Source of the DNA: a virus
Lineage: Duplodnaviria > Caudoviricetes
Direction: 5' to 3' (one strand)
IMG/VR virus record: IMGVR_UViG_3300000401_000002
Location: 1-60,338 of that record
DNA length: 60,338 bases
This document shows, one piece after another, positions 36,471 through 46,156 of the stretch. Both the position numbers and the translations under genes were made by a program. A model generated the notes under the pieces. That model searched no databases, had not been told where the DNA came from, and saw only the letters and a program-made list of their open reading frames with translations. The stretch's first letter is position 1. Each line of letters begins with the position of its first letter.

Positions 36471-37376
36471 ATGTCTGTAAACCCAGGAAGCCTAATAACC
36501 GCAGCAAATTATAATTCATTGCAATCGAGAGTAGCAAACTTACTCGGTGCAGGTTTTGGCGGCACTGGTTACGGACAAGATCTTGTAAGTGCTCCGGTTG
36601 CAGTAGGAGAATCTGTAACAGCAGAGCATATGAATCTTCTTAGAGAAGATATTAATAGAGCGCACGTACACCAAACAGGTAGCCTTTCTTCTTTAGTAGA
36701 AATCAATCCGCAAGAGTTAATTGGTGCAAACTCAGTTAACGGCGACACAGAAAAAGGTTTTAATGCATACATTGCAGTTGTAACTATACTTGAAGGTAAT
36801 GCCGGCGAAGTTGACGGAACACAAGTTACTTTAGAAACAGCTACAACAAGCACACGTTTTGCAGCTTGGGCCGGCGAACTTGTTCATCAATTTACAGTTA
36901 ACTTTGACGATGCTAACCATAGACGTGCATTTTTTAATGCCGGCGGCGAAATACACATGTCTGCAGAAATAGTAGGTGACAATAGTCCTAAAGGACAAGA
37001 TTGGAACAGCATATTAACTAATATGGGTACAATCAAATTTGGTAAAGACACTACTACTAAAACTGGAGCAGCAGGACTTGTACAGCCAGTTGGAAACTTT
37101 GATCTAACAGCAAGTTTCCAAGAAGTATTTCAAAGACGTGGTCAAGCAGATTATTATGCAGAAAATAGATACTTTATCTATGCAAAAGAAACTGCTACAA
37201 ACGCTATTCAATTTAGAATTGAATTTTTAGATAACGACCAGGGTGATCCAAATGACGACGAAGCTATCAGAGGAACACTTACAAGTATCGTTAAACAACT
37301 AAGACCAACAGGAAGTTATGTGTCTGTAGATTCTCCTAGTTATTCTACTCAATCAAGTCTTGACGAAGGAGATTAA
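36471..37376 (+). CDS. Putative virion (tail-associated) structural protein
   Basis: Late promoter; paralog of the next gene (LREDIN..HQ, FFNAGGEI, YAEN, LRPTGSYVSV). Confidence 0.6.
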   Translation: MSVNPGSLITAANYNSLQSRVANLLGAGFGGTGYGQDLVSAPVAVGESVTAEHMNLLREDINRAHVHQTGSLSSLVEINPQELIGANSVNGDTEKGFNAYIAVVTILEGNAGEVDGTQVTLETATTSTRFAAWAGELVHQFTVNFDDANHRRAFFNAGGEIHMSAEIVGDNSPKGQDWNSILTNMGTIKFGKDTTTKTGAAGLVQPVGNFDLTASFQEVFQRRGQADYYAENRYFIYAKETATNAIQFRIEFLDNDQGDPNDDEAIRGTLTSIVKQLRPTGSYVSVDSPSYSTQSSLDEGD

Positions 37377-37378
37377 TT

Positions 37379-38476
37379 ATGGCAAATACTGGCTCAGTTG
37401 TCAGCGGCACTGACTACAACGATGTAGTTGACGGTGTTACTGCTATTCTTGGTTTGGGCTCCGGCGGCGACGGCTACGGACAAATAGTTACAAGTAAAGA
37501 AAACGCTCCTACTAGAGGAACAACTAATTTAATTGATAATAACGAATGGAATACATTACGTACAGATATCAATAAATGTTCAAGACACCAATCTAATGCT
37601 GATGCATTGAGCACAGAGATTCCTGATAATTATATTATTGGTGCAGATGCAAGTGGTCCTAGCGTTACTAGAATCACAGGTGATACTTTTTCTATTGACA
37701 CGCCAAATGCTGCAATAGGAGTAAATGACTGGGTCAATGCTCTTACGCAAATTCAAAGTCAAAAAAATTCTATAGATGCAAATCAACGCACTTTAACTAC
37801 TACTAGAGCTTTTGCAAACTCCACTAGAACTACTACTTGGGGCGGACAGTTTCAAGGCCAATCTGTTTACTGCGAAATCCGTGTAATATTTGGCGGCGGC
37901 TACGAATGCACTAACAGTGCCGGTACTCGAGTTACTGCTAGTGGAGCAGATCACGCTAGACACTTTTTTAACAGTGGCGGACAAATAAGATTATCACAAT
38001 ACCTGTCAGGTGGCACTGCAAAAGACAGTGATTGGGGAACTATGCTAGGTAATGCAGGTAATGCAATCTTTGAAGCCAATAGAACATCGGGCGACGGTAG
38101 TGCAAATTATCGTGACGGTAATACAAACGTAGATGGCGACATTGGAGGTTCTATTGAAAGTGCATTAGGTTTTTATCAGCTTACTACAGGTTATCAGCTA
38201 ATTGCCAAGAAAAACGGAAGTCAAGCAGAGTATGCTGAAAACTATTATACACTTTATGTAAAACGTAATAGCGCATACGATGAAATTACATTCAAATGGG
38301 AATTCCACGACATTGATACAGGTGATCAAACAGGTATCGGACCAGCTGTAGACGAATCAGTTCTTGCTTCAGGCGGCGAAATGGGTGTAGGAATAGACTT
38401 ACTTCGTGCTACAGGATCGTATGTAAGTGTTCCAGAACCTACACCTGATATTGTAACAGAACTAAGACTCACATAA
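37379..38476 (+). CDS. Putative virion (tail-associated) structural protein, paralog of the previous gene
   Basis: LRTDIN..HQ, FFNSGGQI, YAEN, LRATGSYVSV. Confidence 0.6.
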   Translation: MANTGSVVSGTDYNDVVDGVTAILGLGSGGDGYGQIVTSKENAPTRGTTNLIDNNEWNTLRTDINKCSRHQSNADALSTEIPDNYIIGADASGPSVTRITGDTFSIDTPNAAIGVNDWVNALTQIQSQKNSIDANQRTLTTTRAFANSTRTTTWGGQFQGQSVYCEIRVIFGGGYECTNSAGTRVTASGADHARHFFNSGGQIRLSQYLSGGTAKDSDWGTMLGNAGNAIFEANRTSGDGSANYRDGNTNVDGDIGGSIESALGFYQLTTGYQLIAKKNGSQAEYAENYYTLYVKRNSAYDEITFKWEFHDIDTGDQTGIGPAVDESVLASGGEMGVGIDLLRATGSYVSVPEPTPDIVTELRLT

Positions 38477-38479
38477 TAC

Positions 38480-38508
38480 TTGACAAAACTATAATCTGAG
38501 TATATACT
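38480..38508 (+). promoter_or_regulatory. Sigma70-type promoter starting the modification island
   Basis: TTGACA (38480-38485), 17-nt spacer, TATACT (38503-38508); GGAG RBS downstream. Confidence 0.82.
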
Positions 38509-38534
38509 AGTAACAATATACTTGGAGATTTCGT

Positions 38535-38882
38535 ATGGATGAAAGATTAGAAAAAGCACTTGAGTTTTCAAACTACATGGTTACACTAAACAACCAACGT
38601 AGAATTGTAAGAGAACAATTTTTAGAAAATTGCGTACATTATTTAAACGGCGGCAAATTTGCAGTTAACAGAGATTTAATTACATTTTGTCAAACACTAG
38701 TAAGTAGAGAACAGACTAGTGCTATTCTTATTGACGATAACGATACTCCTATTGAAGTAGAAGACTTGCAAACATTCTTAGATGATATTCTTGATATTTA
38801 CTTTACTACAACATACGAATACTTTGACAAGTATAACGAAATTAAAAAGAACAGAACAGTCGAAGGTCTAGTTGATCTATGA
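38535..38882 (+). CDS. Hypothetical protein (115 aa)
   Basis: Own promoter and RBS; ATGA overlap with the next gene. Confidence 0.75.
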   Translation: MDERLEKALEFSNYMVTLNNQRRIVREQFLENCVHYLNGGKFAVNRDLITFCQTLVSREQTSAILIDDNDTPIEVEDLQTFLDDILDIYFTTTYEYFDKYNEIKKNRTVEGLVDL

Positions 38883-39739
38883 GCAAAGGCGTACTGCTAT
38901 TTGCACAGAATAATCATACAGTTGATTATGTCAAACAGGCAATGTTTTGTGCAAAAAAAATTAAAAAACATTTAGGGCTTGAAGTAGCAATTGCTACAGA
39001 TAATGCTGATTATCTAAAAACCCAATATCCCTACTACGAACGTTATATAGATCATGTTATTACTCTCGAATGGTATGAATGTAAACAAAAGCGTACATAC
39101 CGTGATGGCACAATGAGTAAACGAGATCTTGAATGGAGAAACTTTGATAGAGGATCTGCGTACGAAATAACTCCATTTGACGAAACTATTGTAATGGACA
39201 CCGACTTTATTATTGGAAATGATTTATTAAACAATGCGTTTGATACAGATCAAGACTTTTTAATTTGGCGTTATATTACTGATGTTAATATGGATAGACC
39301 TGACGAGCACAGATTTAATAAGATTAGTGATCGCAGTGTTGATATGTTTTGGGCTACTGTTTTTTATTTTAAAAAGACACCGTTTATGAAACAGTTCTTT
39401 GAACTTATACGGCACATAAAAGACAACTGGCATTTTTATAGACTAATATATCAAATTCCAAATAAGATATATAGAAATGATTTTGCATTTAGTATTGCTA
39501 TACACATCTACAACGGACACCAACGAACTGCTTGGCCAAAAACATTGCCCGGAAGACTTTGGTTTACAAGTGATGCAGACATTTTAATTAAAATGGAAGA
39601 TGAGCAGTACACTTTCTTGCTAGATAAAAAGCACTGGAAAGGACATTATCATGTAGGTTCTATTAAAGACTGTAATATACACATTATGAACAAGTTTAGT
39701 TTAGACAGAGCAATTAGCGAGGCACTGCAAGATGAATAG
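38879..39739 (+). CDS. Putative GT-A fold glycosyltransferase
   Basis: KGVLLFA...TPFDETIVMDTD (DxD), FWATVFYF, RNDFAFSIA, late His (HIMNK). Confidence 0.7.
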   Translation: MSKGVLLFAQNNHTVDYVKQAMFCAKKIKKHLGLEVAIATDNADYLKTQYPYYERYIDHVITLEWYECKQKRTYRDGTMSKRDLEWRNFDRGSAYEITPFDETIVMDTDFIIGNDLLNNAFDTDQDFLIWRYITDVNMDRPDEHRFNKISDRSVDMFWATVFYFKKTPFMKQFFELIRHIKDNWHFYRLIYQIPNKIYRNDFAFSIAIHIYNGHQRTAWPKTLPGRLWFTSDADILIKMEDEQYTFLLDKKHWKGHYHVGSIKDCNIHIMNKFSLDRAISEALQDE

Positions 39740-40550
39740 AGGCTTTTGCTTATTAGCACAGAATAACGGTAAAACAGATTATATAAGACAAGCATATGCT
39801 CTTGCTAAAAGTCTGCACAAATATAACAACGGTCAAAAAATTAGTTTGATTACAAATGACGATGTGCCTGAAGAATGGCAAGAACCTTTTGATCAAATTA
39901 TTCCTATTCCTTGGACTGACAGTGCAGAAGACAGTGAATGGAAGATAGAAAATCGTTGGAAAGTATATCATGCTAGTCCATACGATGAAACTATTGTACT
40001 AGAAGCAGACATGCTTATACTAAGCGATATTACACACTGGTGGGATGAACTTGCTAAACGTGATTTGTTTTTTGTAAGCAATGTTAGAACGTATCGCGAC
40101 GAGGTAATTACTAATAGATTTTATAGAAAAACATTTGATGCAAATGAATTGCCTAATCTTTATAGCGCATTGCATTACTTTAAAAAAGGTGACACTGCAA
40201 AAGAGTTTTATAACCTATTAGAAATAATTGTTAACAACTGGGAACTATTTTATTCTAAGTATGCTAAAGAAGAATATCAAAAATGGTGTAGTATTGATTT
40301 GTGTGCAGCTATTGCAAGTAAAATTTTAGATAACGAAAAGGATATTACAGATCCAAATAGTTATATTACATTTACACATATGAAACCTAGAATACAAGGA
40401 TGGTATAATATTCCTTCTAAATGGACTAGAGTATTAGGCAAATATTACAGAGATGACGGAACTTTGCTGTTAGGCAACTTTTTACAAACTCGTGTACTAC
40501 ATTACGTAGAAGAAGAATTTTTGTCAGATGAAATTTTGGAGAATCTATAA
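39732..40550 (+). CDS. Putative GT-A fold glycosyltransferase (paralog, ExD motif)
   Basis: RGFCLLA...KIENRWKVYHASPYDETIVLEAD, FTHMKP, LHY. Confidence 0.7.
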   Translation: MNRGFCLLAQNNGKTDYIRQAYALAKSLHKYNNGQKISLITNDDVPEEWQEPFDQIIPIPWTDSAEDSEWKIENRWKVYHASPYDETIVLEADMLILSDITHWWDELAKRDLFFVSNVRTYRDEVITNRFYRKTFDANELPNLYSALHYFKKGDTAKEFYNLLEIIVNNWELFYSKYAKEEYQKWCSIDLCAAIASKILDNEKDITDPNSYITFTHMKPRIQGWYNIPSKWTRVLGKYYRDDGTLLLGNFLQTRVLHYVEEEFLSDEILENL

Positions 40551-41113
40551 TGGATATGAAATTTTATGTAAACTTCAAAGAAGATACTGGCGAAATTTGG
40601 AAGGCTACAAACGAGTGTGACGATTCAACACCTTACATAGAAGTTGATGCTGCAACAGTTTCAGAGTTTACTACAGGTGTAAAAAATATGAATGATTACA
40701 TTGTAGTTCCTTCTGTAACTGAAAAGAAATTTGAAATTAAATTTAAACATAGAGATTTAAATGAATTTGATGTAGATAAAAGTATTCATAGAATACCTAT
40801 AACAGATACTACAGAACATGAAAATGCATTTATGATTATTCAAGAAAACGGATCTTGGACTATTAAACTTTCAGAAGATATGAAAGAAACATTAACTTCA
40901 ACGACTTATTACAAAGATAAAAGTCAGTTAATTTATGTAACAAAAAAGAATGATCCTAATATTTTACTAGACACAATGGTAATAAAGTTGTATAATGTAT
41001 TATACAGTGACGAATATAAATTAGAAAATCAAAGCAGTGCTGTTGCTAACAGAAAGGATATAAGTCTTTTTTGTGGTAAAGTATTTGAACAGTATTTACA
41101 CGTGGTAAAATAA
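40550..41113 (+). CDS. Hypothetical protein (187 aa)
   Basis: Coupled by TAATG overlaps at both ends; no catalytic motif recognised. Confidence 0.75.
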   Translation: MDMKFYVNFKEDTGEIWKATNECDDSTPYIEVDAATVSEFTTGVKNMNDYIVVPSVTEKKFEIKFKHRDLNEFDVDKSIHRIPITDTTEHENAFMIIQENGSWTIKLSEDMKETLTSTTYYKDKSQLIYVTKKNDPNILLDTMVIKLYNVLYSDEYKLENQSSAVANRKDISLFCGKVFEQYLHVVK

Positions 41114-42006
41114 TGAGCAAAATAAAAGTAGTAGATCAAGATATCATTTTTCTTTCTTACGATGAGCCCAACGCTGAAAAGAATTATGCAGACTTATGCC
41201 AAAAAGTGCCTTGGGCTAAACGTGTACACGGAGTACATGGAAGTGATGCAGCACATAAGGCTTGTGCAGATTTGTCAGAGACAGAATACTTTGTGACAGT
41301 AGATGCAGATAATATTATTGATCCTGAGTTTTTAAATCAAGAAGTAGACTTAGACGAGCTAGGTCTAACTCCAGAGCATGTGTTTAGTTGGTGCGGCAAA
41401 GTTCATGTTAACGGACTTATGTACGGCAACGGCGGACTCAAAATGTGGACACGTAAATTTGTACACAGTATGAAAACACATGAGGCAAGCGAGGACGGAG
41501 ATGAACGAGGAAAAGTTGAATTCTGTTTCGACGACAAGTATTACCAGTTTAACGAGAACTACAGTGTTTCTTACACTAATGCGACACCTTGGCAGGCTTG
41601 GCGGGCGGGTTTTCGTGAAGGTGTCAAGATGTCTTTGGATCAAGGGGCCAAAGTAGAAGACTTGCGTACAGTATGGTGGCAAAACTATCAGCGTTTGTTA
41701 ATTTGGAGCCAAGTAGGCGCTGATGTTAAAAATGGTATGTGGAGTATACTAGGAGCACGGCAAGGCTGTTATATGACTAATTGTACAGATTGGGATTACG
41801 CTAATGTACGTGACTTTGAATGGCTAAACAACTTTTGGGAAAGTGATGTAAAAGATTTAAACCCAGAAGAAGAAGCAGAGCGTTTAGGTTTAGAAATACT
41901 AAAAGGTACAGGCGTCGACATTTCTACCAAACCGCTAGACGAAGATCAAAGTAAATTTTTTAAAGCAGTATATCAGAACACGCCAAGGATTATAAGAGCT
42001 AGATGA
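41113..42006 (+). CDS. Putative GT-A-like glycosyl/nucleotidyl transferase
   Basis: DIIFLSYDEP...KRVHGV.G..AH...FVTVDADN (DxD)...YGNGGLK...WRAGFREGVK; paralog of 50174-50851. Confidence 0.62.
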   Translation: MSKIKVVDQDIIFLSYDEPNAEKNYADLCQKVPWAKRVHGVHGSDAAHKACADLSETEYFVTVDADNIIDPEFLNQEVDLDELGLTPEHVFSWCGKVHVNGLMYGNGGLKMWTRKFVHSMKTHEASEDGDERGKVEFCFDDKYYQFNENYSVSYTNATPWQAWRAGFREGVKMSLDQGAKVEDLRTVWWQNYQRLLIWSQVGADVKNGMWSILGARQGCYMTNCTDWDYANVRDFEWLNNFWESDVKDLNPEEEAERLGLEILKGTGVDISTKPLDEDQSKFFKAVYQNTPRIIRAR

Positions 42007-43385
42007 GTAACGAACAACGTATAAAGATACTCGAAGAAAAACGTGAAAAGATTAACAACGTAAGTTGTAGTTTCTGCACGGCTAAGTGGTTGCAAACTAC
42101 ACTTATGCTTCAGAATGGATATAATCACAGTTGCCACCATCCTGCTCCGCACAAGATTCCACTAAAAGAAATTGAAGCAGATCCTGCTGCATTGCACAAC
42201 AGTCAGTATAAAAAAGAACAAAGACTAAAAATGTTAACAGGAGAGCGTCCTAGCGAATGTAGCTACTGCTGGAAGATTGAAGACTTAGGTAAAGACTATT
42301 TTAGCGATCGTCATTATAAAACAGCAGACACATGGGCTTGGGATAGATTTGATGAAATAGCACATAGCGACCCAGGCGAAAATGTATATCCTAGTTATTT
42401 AGAAGTGTCATTTTCAAATGCTTGCAATTTTGCGTGTGCTTATTGTTCTCCTGAAATTAGTAGTAAGTGGATGGAAGATATAAAGCAAAATGGAGAATAT
42501 CCTACTAAGCACGGTTCTCATAATTTAGACTATTTAGAAAAGTCGGGTAAAATGCCTTATAAGAATAGAGAACACAATCCTTACGTTGAAGCATTTTGGA
42601 AGTGGTTCCCAGACGCCCTTCCGCACTTAAAGGTTTTGCGTATTACTGGCGGCGAGCCTACTATGTCAAAAGATACATGGAAGCTATTAGACTATCTAAT
42701 TGAAAATCCACGTAAAGGATTAGACGTTGCAATTAACACTAACGGGTGCGTAGAAGACAAATTAATTAATAAGTTAATTGAAAAAATTAATGCACTTGCA
42801 GAAGTAGGCGTAAAAGTAGATGTTTACACAAGCCTTGAAAGTACTGGGTTACAAGCAGAGTATGCTCGCGACGGCCTTGACTATATAAAATGGTTAGAAA
42901 ATGTTGACAAACTATTAAAAGAAACAAAGTCAACAGTTGCTATAATGACAACAGTTAATATTCTAAGTCTTCCAACTTTTATTGATTTTATAATGACTGT
43001 AATAGACTTTAGAAAAGAATACAATACTAGTTTTGAGTGGAACAGGATTCCAATGAGTATTAACACAATGCATTGGCCTCCGCACTTGCAATTAACTATG
43101 TTAGACAAAGAAGATAGAATGCCTCAAGCAGATACTATTGAAAAGTTTTGTGAAGCATGGCTAAAGTATTACAAGAAAGACAAGTATGCTAGAATATACT
43201 TAGAAGAATTTGATCAAATACAAAGATTGTGTGATTATATGAGAACAACAGAGCCAGCAGTGGAACATAGAGCCGACTTTGTACGATACATACAAGCATA
43301 CGATAAAAGAAGAAATAAAAACTTTGCGGAAACTTTTCCACAATATACACACTTGTTAGAGGAATGGAATGGCGAAAAAACCTGA
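42003..43385 (+). CDS. Radical SAM protein with N-terminal twitch-like Fe-S domain
   Basis: FCTAKW..HSCHH..CSYCW N-domain; CNFACAYC; ITGGEP. Confidence 0.92.
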   Translation: MSNEQRIKILEEKREKINNVSCSFCTAKWLQTTLMLQNGYNHSCHHPAPHKIPLKEIEADPAALHNSQYKKEQRLKMLTGERPSECSYCWKIEDLGKDYFSDRHYKTADTWAWDRFDEIAHSDPGENVYPSYLEVSFSNACNFACAYCSPEISSKWMEDIKQNGEYPTKHGSHNLDYLEKSGKMPYKNREHNPYVEAFWKWFPDALPHLKVLRITGGEPTMSKDTWKLLDYLIENPRKGLDVAINTNGCVEDKLINKLIEKINALAEVGVKVDVYTSLESTGLQAEYARDGLDYIKWLENVDKLLKETKSTVAIMTTVNILSLPTFIDFIMTVIDFRKEYNTSFEWNRIPMSINTMHWPPHLQLTMLDKEDRMPQADTIEKFCEAWLKYYKKDKYARIYLEEFDQIQRLCDYMRTTEPAVEHRADFVRYIQAYDKRRNKNFAETFPQYTHLLEEWNGEKT

Positions 43386-44817
43386 TGAATCTTTGCAGCA
43401 ATACAGAGATAGAGTACTAGACAGCAAAAGTAAAAGTTTTTGTGGAGCCAAGTGGTACAATGCTACTACTTGGTTAGGTAGCGGCACTACTGCAAGTTGT
43501 CATCACCCTCCTGCACATAAAATTCCTATTGTTGAAGTAGAAAGCAACTACACAGCAATTCACAATACAGAGCATAAAAAAGAAATGCGCCGTATGATGC
43601 AAAATGGCGAGCGTCCTCGTGAATGTGAATATTGCTGGAAGATGGAAGACATGGGTAAAGATGCTGTAAGTGACAGGACGTTTAAAAGCATTATTTACAC
43701 TGATGATGAATTACAACAAGCATATGAAGCAGATGCAAACGAAAATACTAACCTCAAAACTTTTGAGATTGCTTTTGATAGGGTGTGTAACCTTGCGTGT
43801 AGTTACTGTAACGCTTCCTTCTCTACCACCTGGGCAAAAGACATCAAGAATAATGGCCCGTATGAGAACTTGGTATCCGACGGTGCCGGAGCTTTCCATC
43901 AAGATGGTTCCTGGGCCCAGCCTTATAAAGACGACGAAGACAATCCTTACATTCAAGCCTTTTGGAAATGGTGGGAAAACGGTCTAAGCGATAGTTTACA
44001 AGAACTACGTGTCACAGGCGGCGAACCTTTAATGAGTGCAAATACTTGGAAATTATTTGATTGGTTTAACGAGCAAGACACGGATATGCGTTTTGCTATT
44101 AACAGTAACCTTATTGCAAAGGATGCTATTATTGATAAACTAATTGAAAAAACGCAAGGTATGAAACACTTTGATCTTTATACTAGTTGCGAAGCAGTAG
44201 GAGAGCAAGCAGAGTACATACGTGACGGCTTAGATTACGATATGTGGCTAAAAAACATTAAACGTCTTCTTACAGAAGGTAACTGTAATGGTGTAAACAT
44301 TATGATGACCATTAACAGTCTTTGTTTGTTTAGTATTACAGAATTTCTTGACGAAGTATACAAGTTAAAAGAACTTACACAAAGTAGAACGCCTACTGTT
44401 AGTTTAAACTTGTTACGTTTTCCTAGTTTTCAAAGTCCATTAGCATTACCTAATCATATTAAAGATTATTGCCATAACAAGTTAAACACTTGGTGGCAAG
44501 AACGTAAAGATGACATTGGCTGGCATGAATTTGAAAAAGCAAGTATTGAACGACTAATTGATTATCTTGTTACTGTAGATGCTCCACACAGACGTACAAG
44601 CAATCCAGTTACACTTTGGCGTGACTTTAAAACTTTTTATGCACAGTACGATGTACGAAGAAATAAAAGTTTAAATGTGTTCCCTAAAATTCTAACAGAT
44701 TGGGTAGAGTCTATTCCAGACACTGATGCAAATATTATGGAACTTGCTGAAAAAGAAGGTTGGATTCTAAAACCTGATAATAAAAACATAGACGAACCAT
44801 TAGGGAAATATGATTAA
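43369..44817 (+). CDS. Radical SAM protein with N-terminal twitch-like Fe-S domain
   Basis: FCGAKW..ASCHH..CEYCW; CNLACSYC; VTGGEP. Confidence 0.92.
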   Translation: MAKKPDESLQQYRDRVLDSKSKSFCGAKWYNATTWLGSGTTASCHHPPAHKIPIVEVESNYTAIHNTEHKKEMRRMMQNGERPRECEYCWKMEDMGKDAVSDRTFKSIIYTDDELQQAYEADANENTNLKTFEIAFDRVCNLACSYCNASFSTTWAKDIKNNGPYENLVSDGAGAFHQDGSWAQPYKDDEDNPYIQAFWKWWENGLSDSLQELRVTGGEPLMSANTWKLFDWFNEQDTDMRFAINSNLIAKDAIIDKLIEKTQGMKHFDLYTSCEAVGEQAEYIRDGLDYDMWLKNIKRLLTEGNCNGVNIMMTINSLCLFSITEFLDEVYKLKELTQSRTPTVSLNLLRFPSFQSPLALPNHIKDYCHNKLNTWWQERKDDIGWHEFEKASIERLIDYLVTVDAPHRRTSNPVTLWRDFKTFYAQYDVRRNKSLNVFPKILTDWVESIPDTDANIMELAEKEGWILKPDNKNIDEPLGKYD

Positions 44818-46156
44818 CTTATATTATGATAAGTTGGCCGAAAAAGATGTACCTATACCAAATGGAATTTCTGAATGGAAATTTACCAAAGATGTACATC
44901 GTATCCCTATAGGTATAGACAGTGATCCTATTGTAGAGTCTTATACTTATTTCTTTAATTGTATAAAAGCACTAGGCTGCAATTTTCAATTGTTTACCGG
45001 AAAAGATACTGCTAAGAATCTTTTCTATCCTATGGAAATAACTAATAGAGCATTTGCTGAGATTAACAACATAGCAGATTTTATTCCAAAGAAAACATTT
45101 AGCAGAATAGCAAAAGGTAAAATGAAATTGCTGTTACTAATGCCTTCAGTGAGTCACGATTATAGATATGTATGGAAGCTAAGAAAAAAACTTGATTTGC
45201 TAGAAGGATCAGGAATGCCAAGAGATCAAGTTTATATTGTACTTGGCGACATCAATAGGACTTATAAAACACTATTAAACACAAAACATGTGTATGGTAT
45301 TGACTGGTGGCAAATTTATACACAAATTGCTCTTATGTCAAGATACAAAATGAAAGATTTTCGCTGGGTATTTAATGATAAGAATAGTCAGCCGCCAGGA
45401 GAAGAAAAGTTAAAAAAAGAGTTATACGAATTAGAAAACTGGAATCCTAAAAGACTTTATTCTGCTTTTACAGGACGAGCTAAATTACATAATACTTGTT
45501 TTATTACGGATCTAAAATATTACAATTTAGATAAAGATGGAAAGTATAGTTACAATATTGAATATGCAGACATCAAACATAATTATAAAGATTTTAGAAT
45601 TACTGATAAGAGCAAAGGCGAAGCATTTATAGAAAAGAAAAAAGAATTAGTAAAAAATGTTACAAGTAAAAATGTTATAATGGATATGACATTAGAAGAA
45701 ATACGTAGAGGAAATCGACTTTATGTTAATAAATCCTTTTACGAAGACAGCCTTGTTAACATTGTAAGCGATTCTTGGATGCCGTTAATGGATGCTAACT
45801 ATTTAGAAGAAATAGATGTACTAGCACCAGGGCCTATGATATGGATGCAAATAGCCAAAGGACACCCCTTTATGGTACTTGGATGTTTAAATACAATTGG
45901 TTATGTTACAAACCAAGGTTACTTTTCTAACAACTTGTTAGTAAACGAAAGTTATGACAGGGTGTCGAGTATTACTAAAACATCTGAAATGATATGTAAC
46001 AATTTAAAAGTTTTAAAAGAATACACAGACGAAGAAATCAAAAACAAAGTAGAAGAAATGAAACCTTTTTTAAAACGTAACAGAGAAAAGTTTTTTAGTA
46101 GACCTAACAAACGTAAATTTATAGTATTATTTGAAGAGATGCAATATGAGCGATGA
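44810..46156 (+). CDS. Hypothetical protein, possibly a degenerate GT10-like (GT-B) glycosyltransferase
   Basis: C-terminal YEDSLVNIVSDS...IAKGHPFMVLG...GY.....NESYD resembles the IVTET..TEK..KPI...PF..G..DESYD pattern but lacks TEK. Confidence 0.4.
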   Translation: MINLYYDKLAEKDVPIPNGISEWKFTKDVHRIPIGIDSDPIVESYTYFFNCIKALGCNFQLFTGKDTAKNLFYPMEITNRAFAEINNIADFIPKKTFSRIAKGKMKLLLLMPSVSHDYRYVWKLRKKLDLLEGSGMPRDQVYIVLGDINRTYKTLLNTKHVYGIDWWQIYTQIALMSRYKMKDFRWVFNDKNSQPPGEEKLKKELYELENWNPKRLYSAFTGRAKLHNTCFITDLKYYNLDKDGKYSYNIEYADIKHNYKDFRITDKSKGEAFIEKKKELVKNVTSKNVIMDMTLEEIRRGNRLYVNKSFYEDSLVNIVSDSWMPLMDANYLEEIDVLAPGPMIWMQIAKGHPFMVLGCLNTIGYVTNQGYFSNNLLVNESYDRVSSITKTSEMICNNLKVLKEYTDEEIKNKVEEMKPFLKRNREKFFSRPNKRKFIVLFEEMQYER

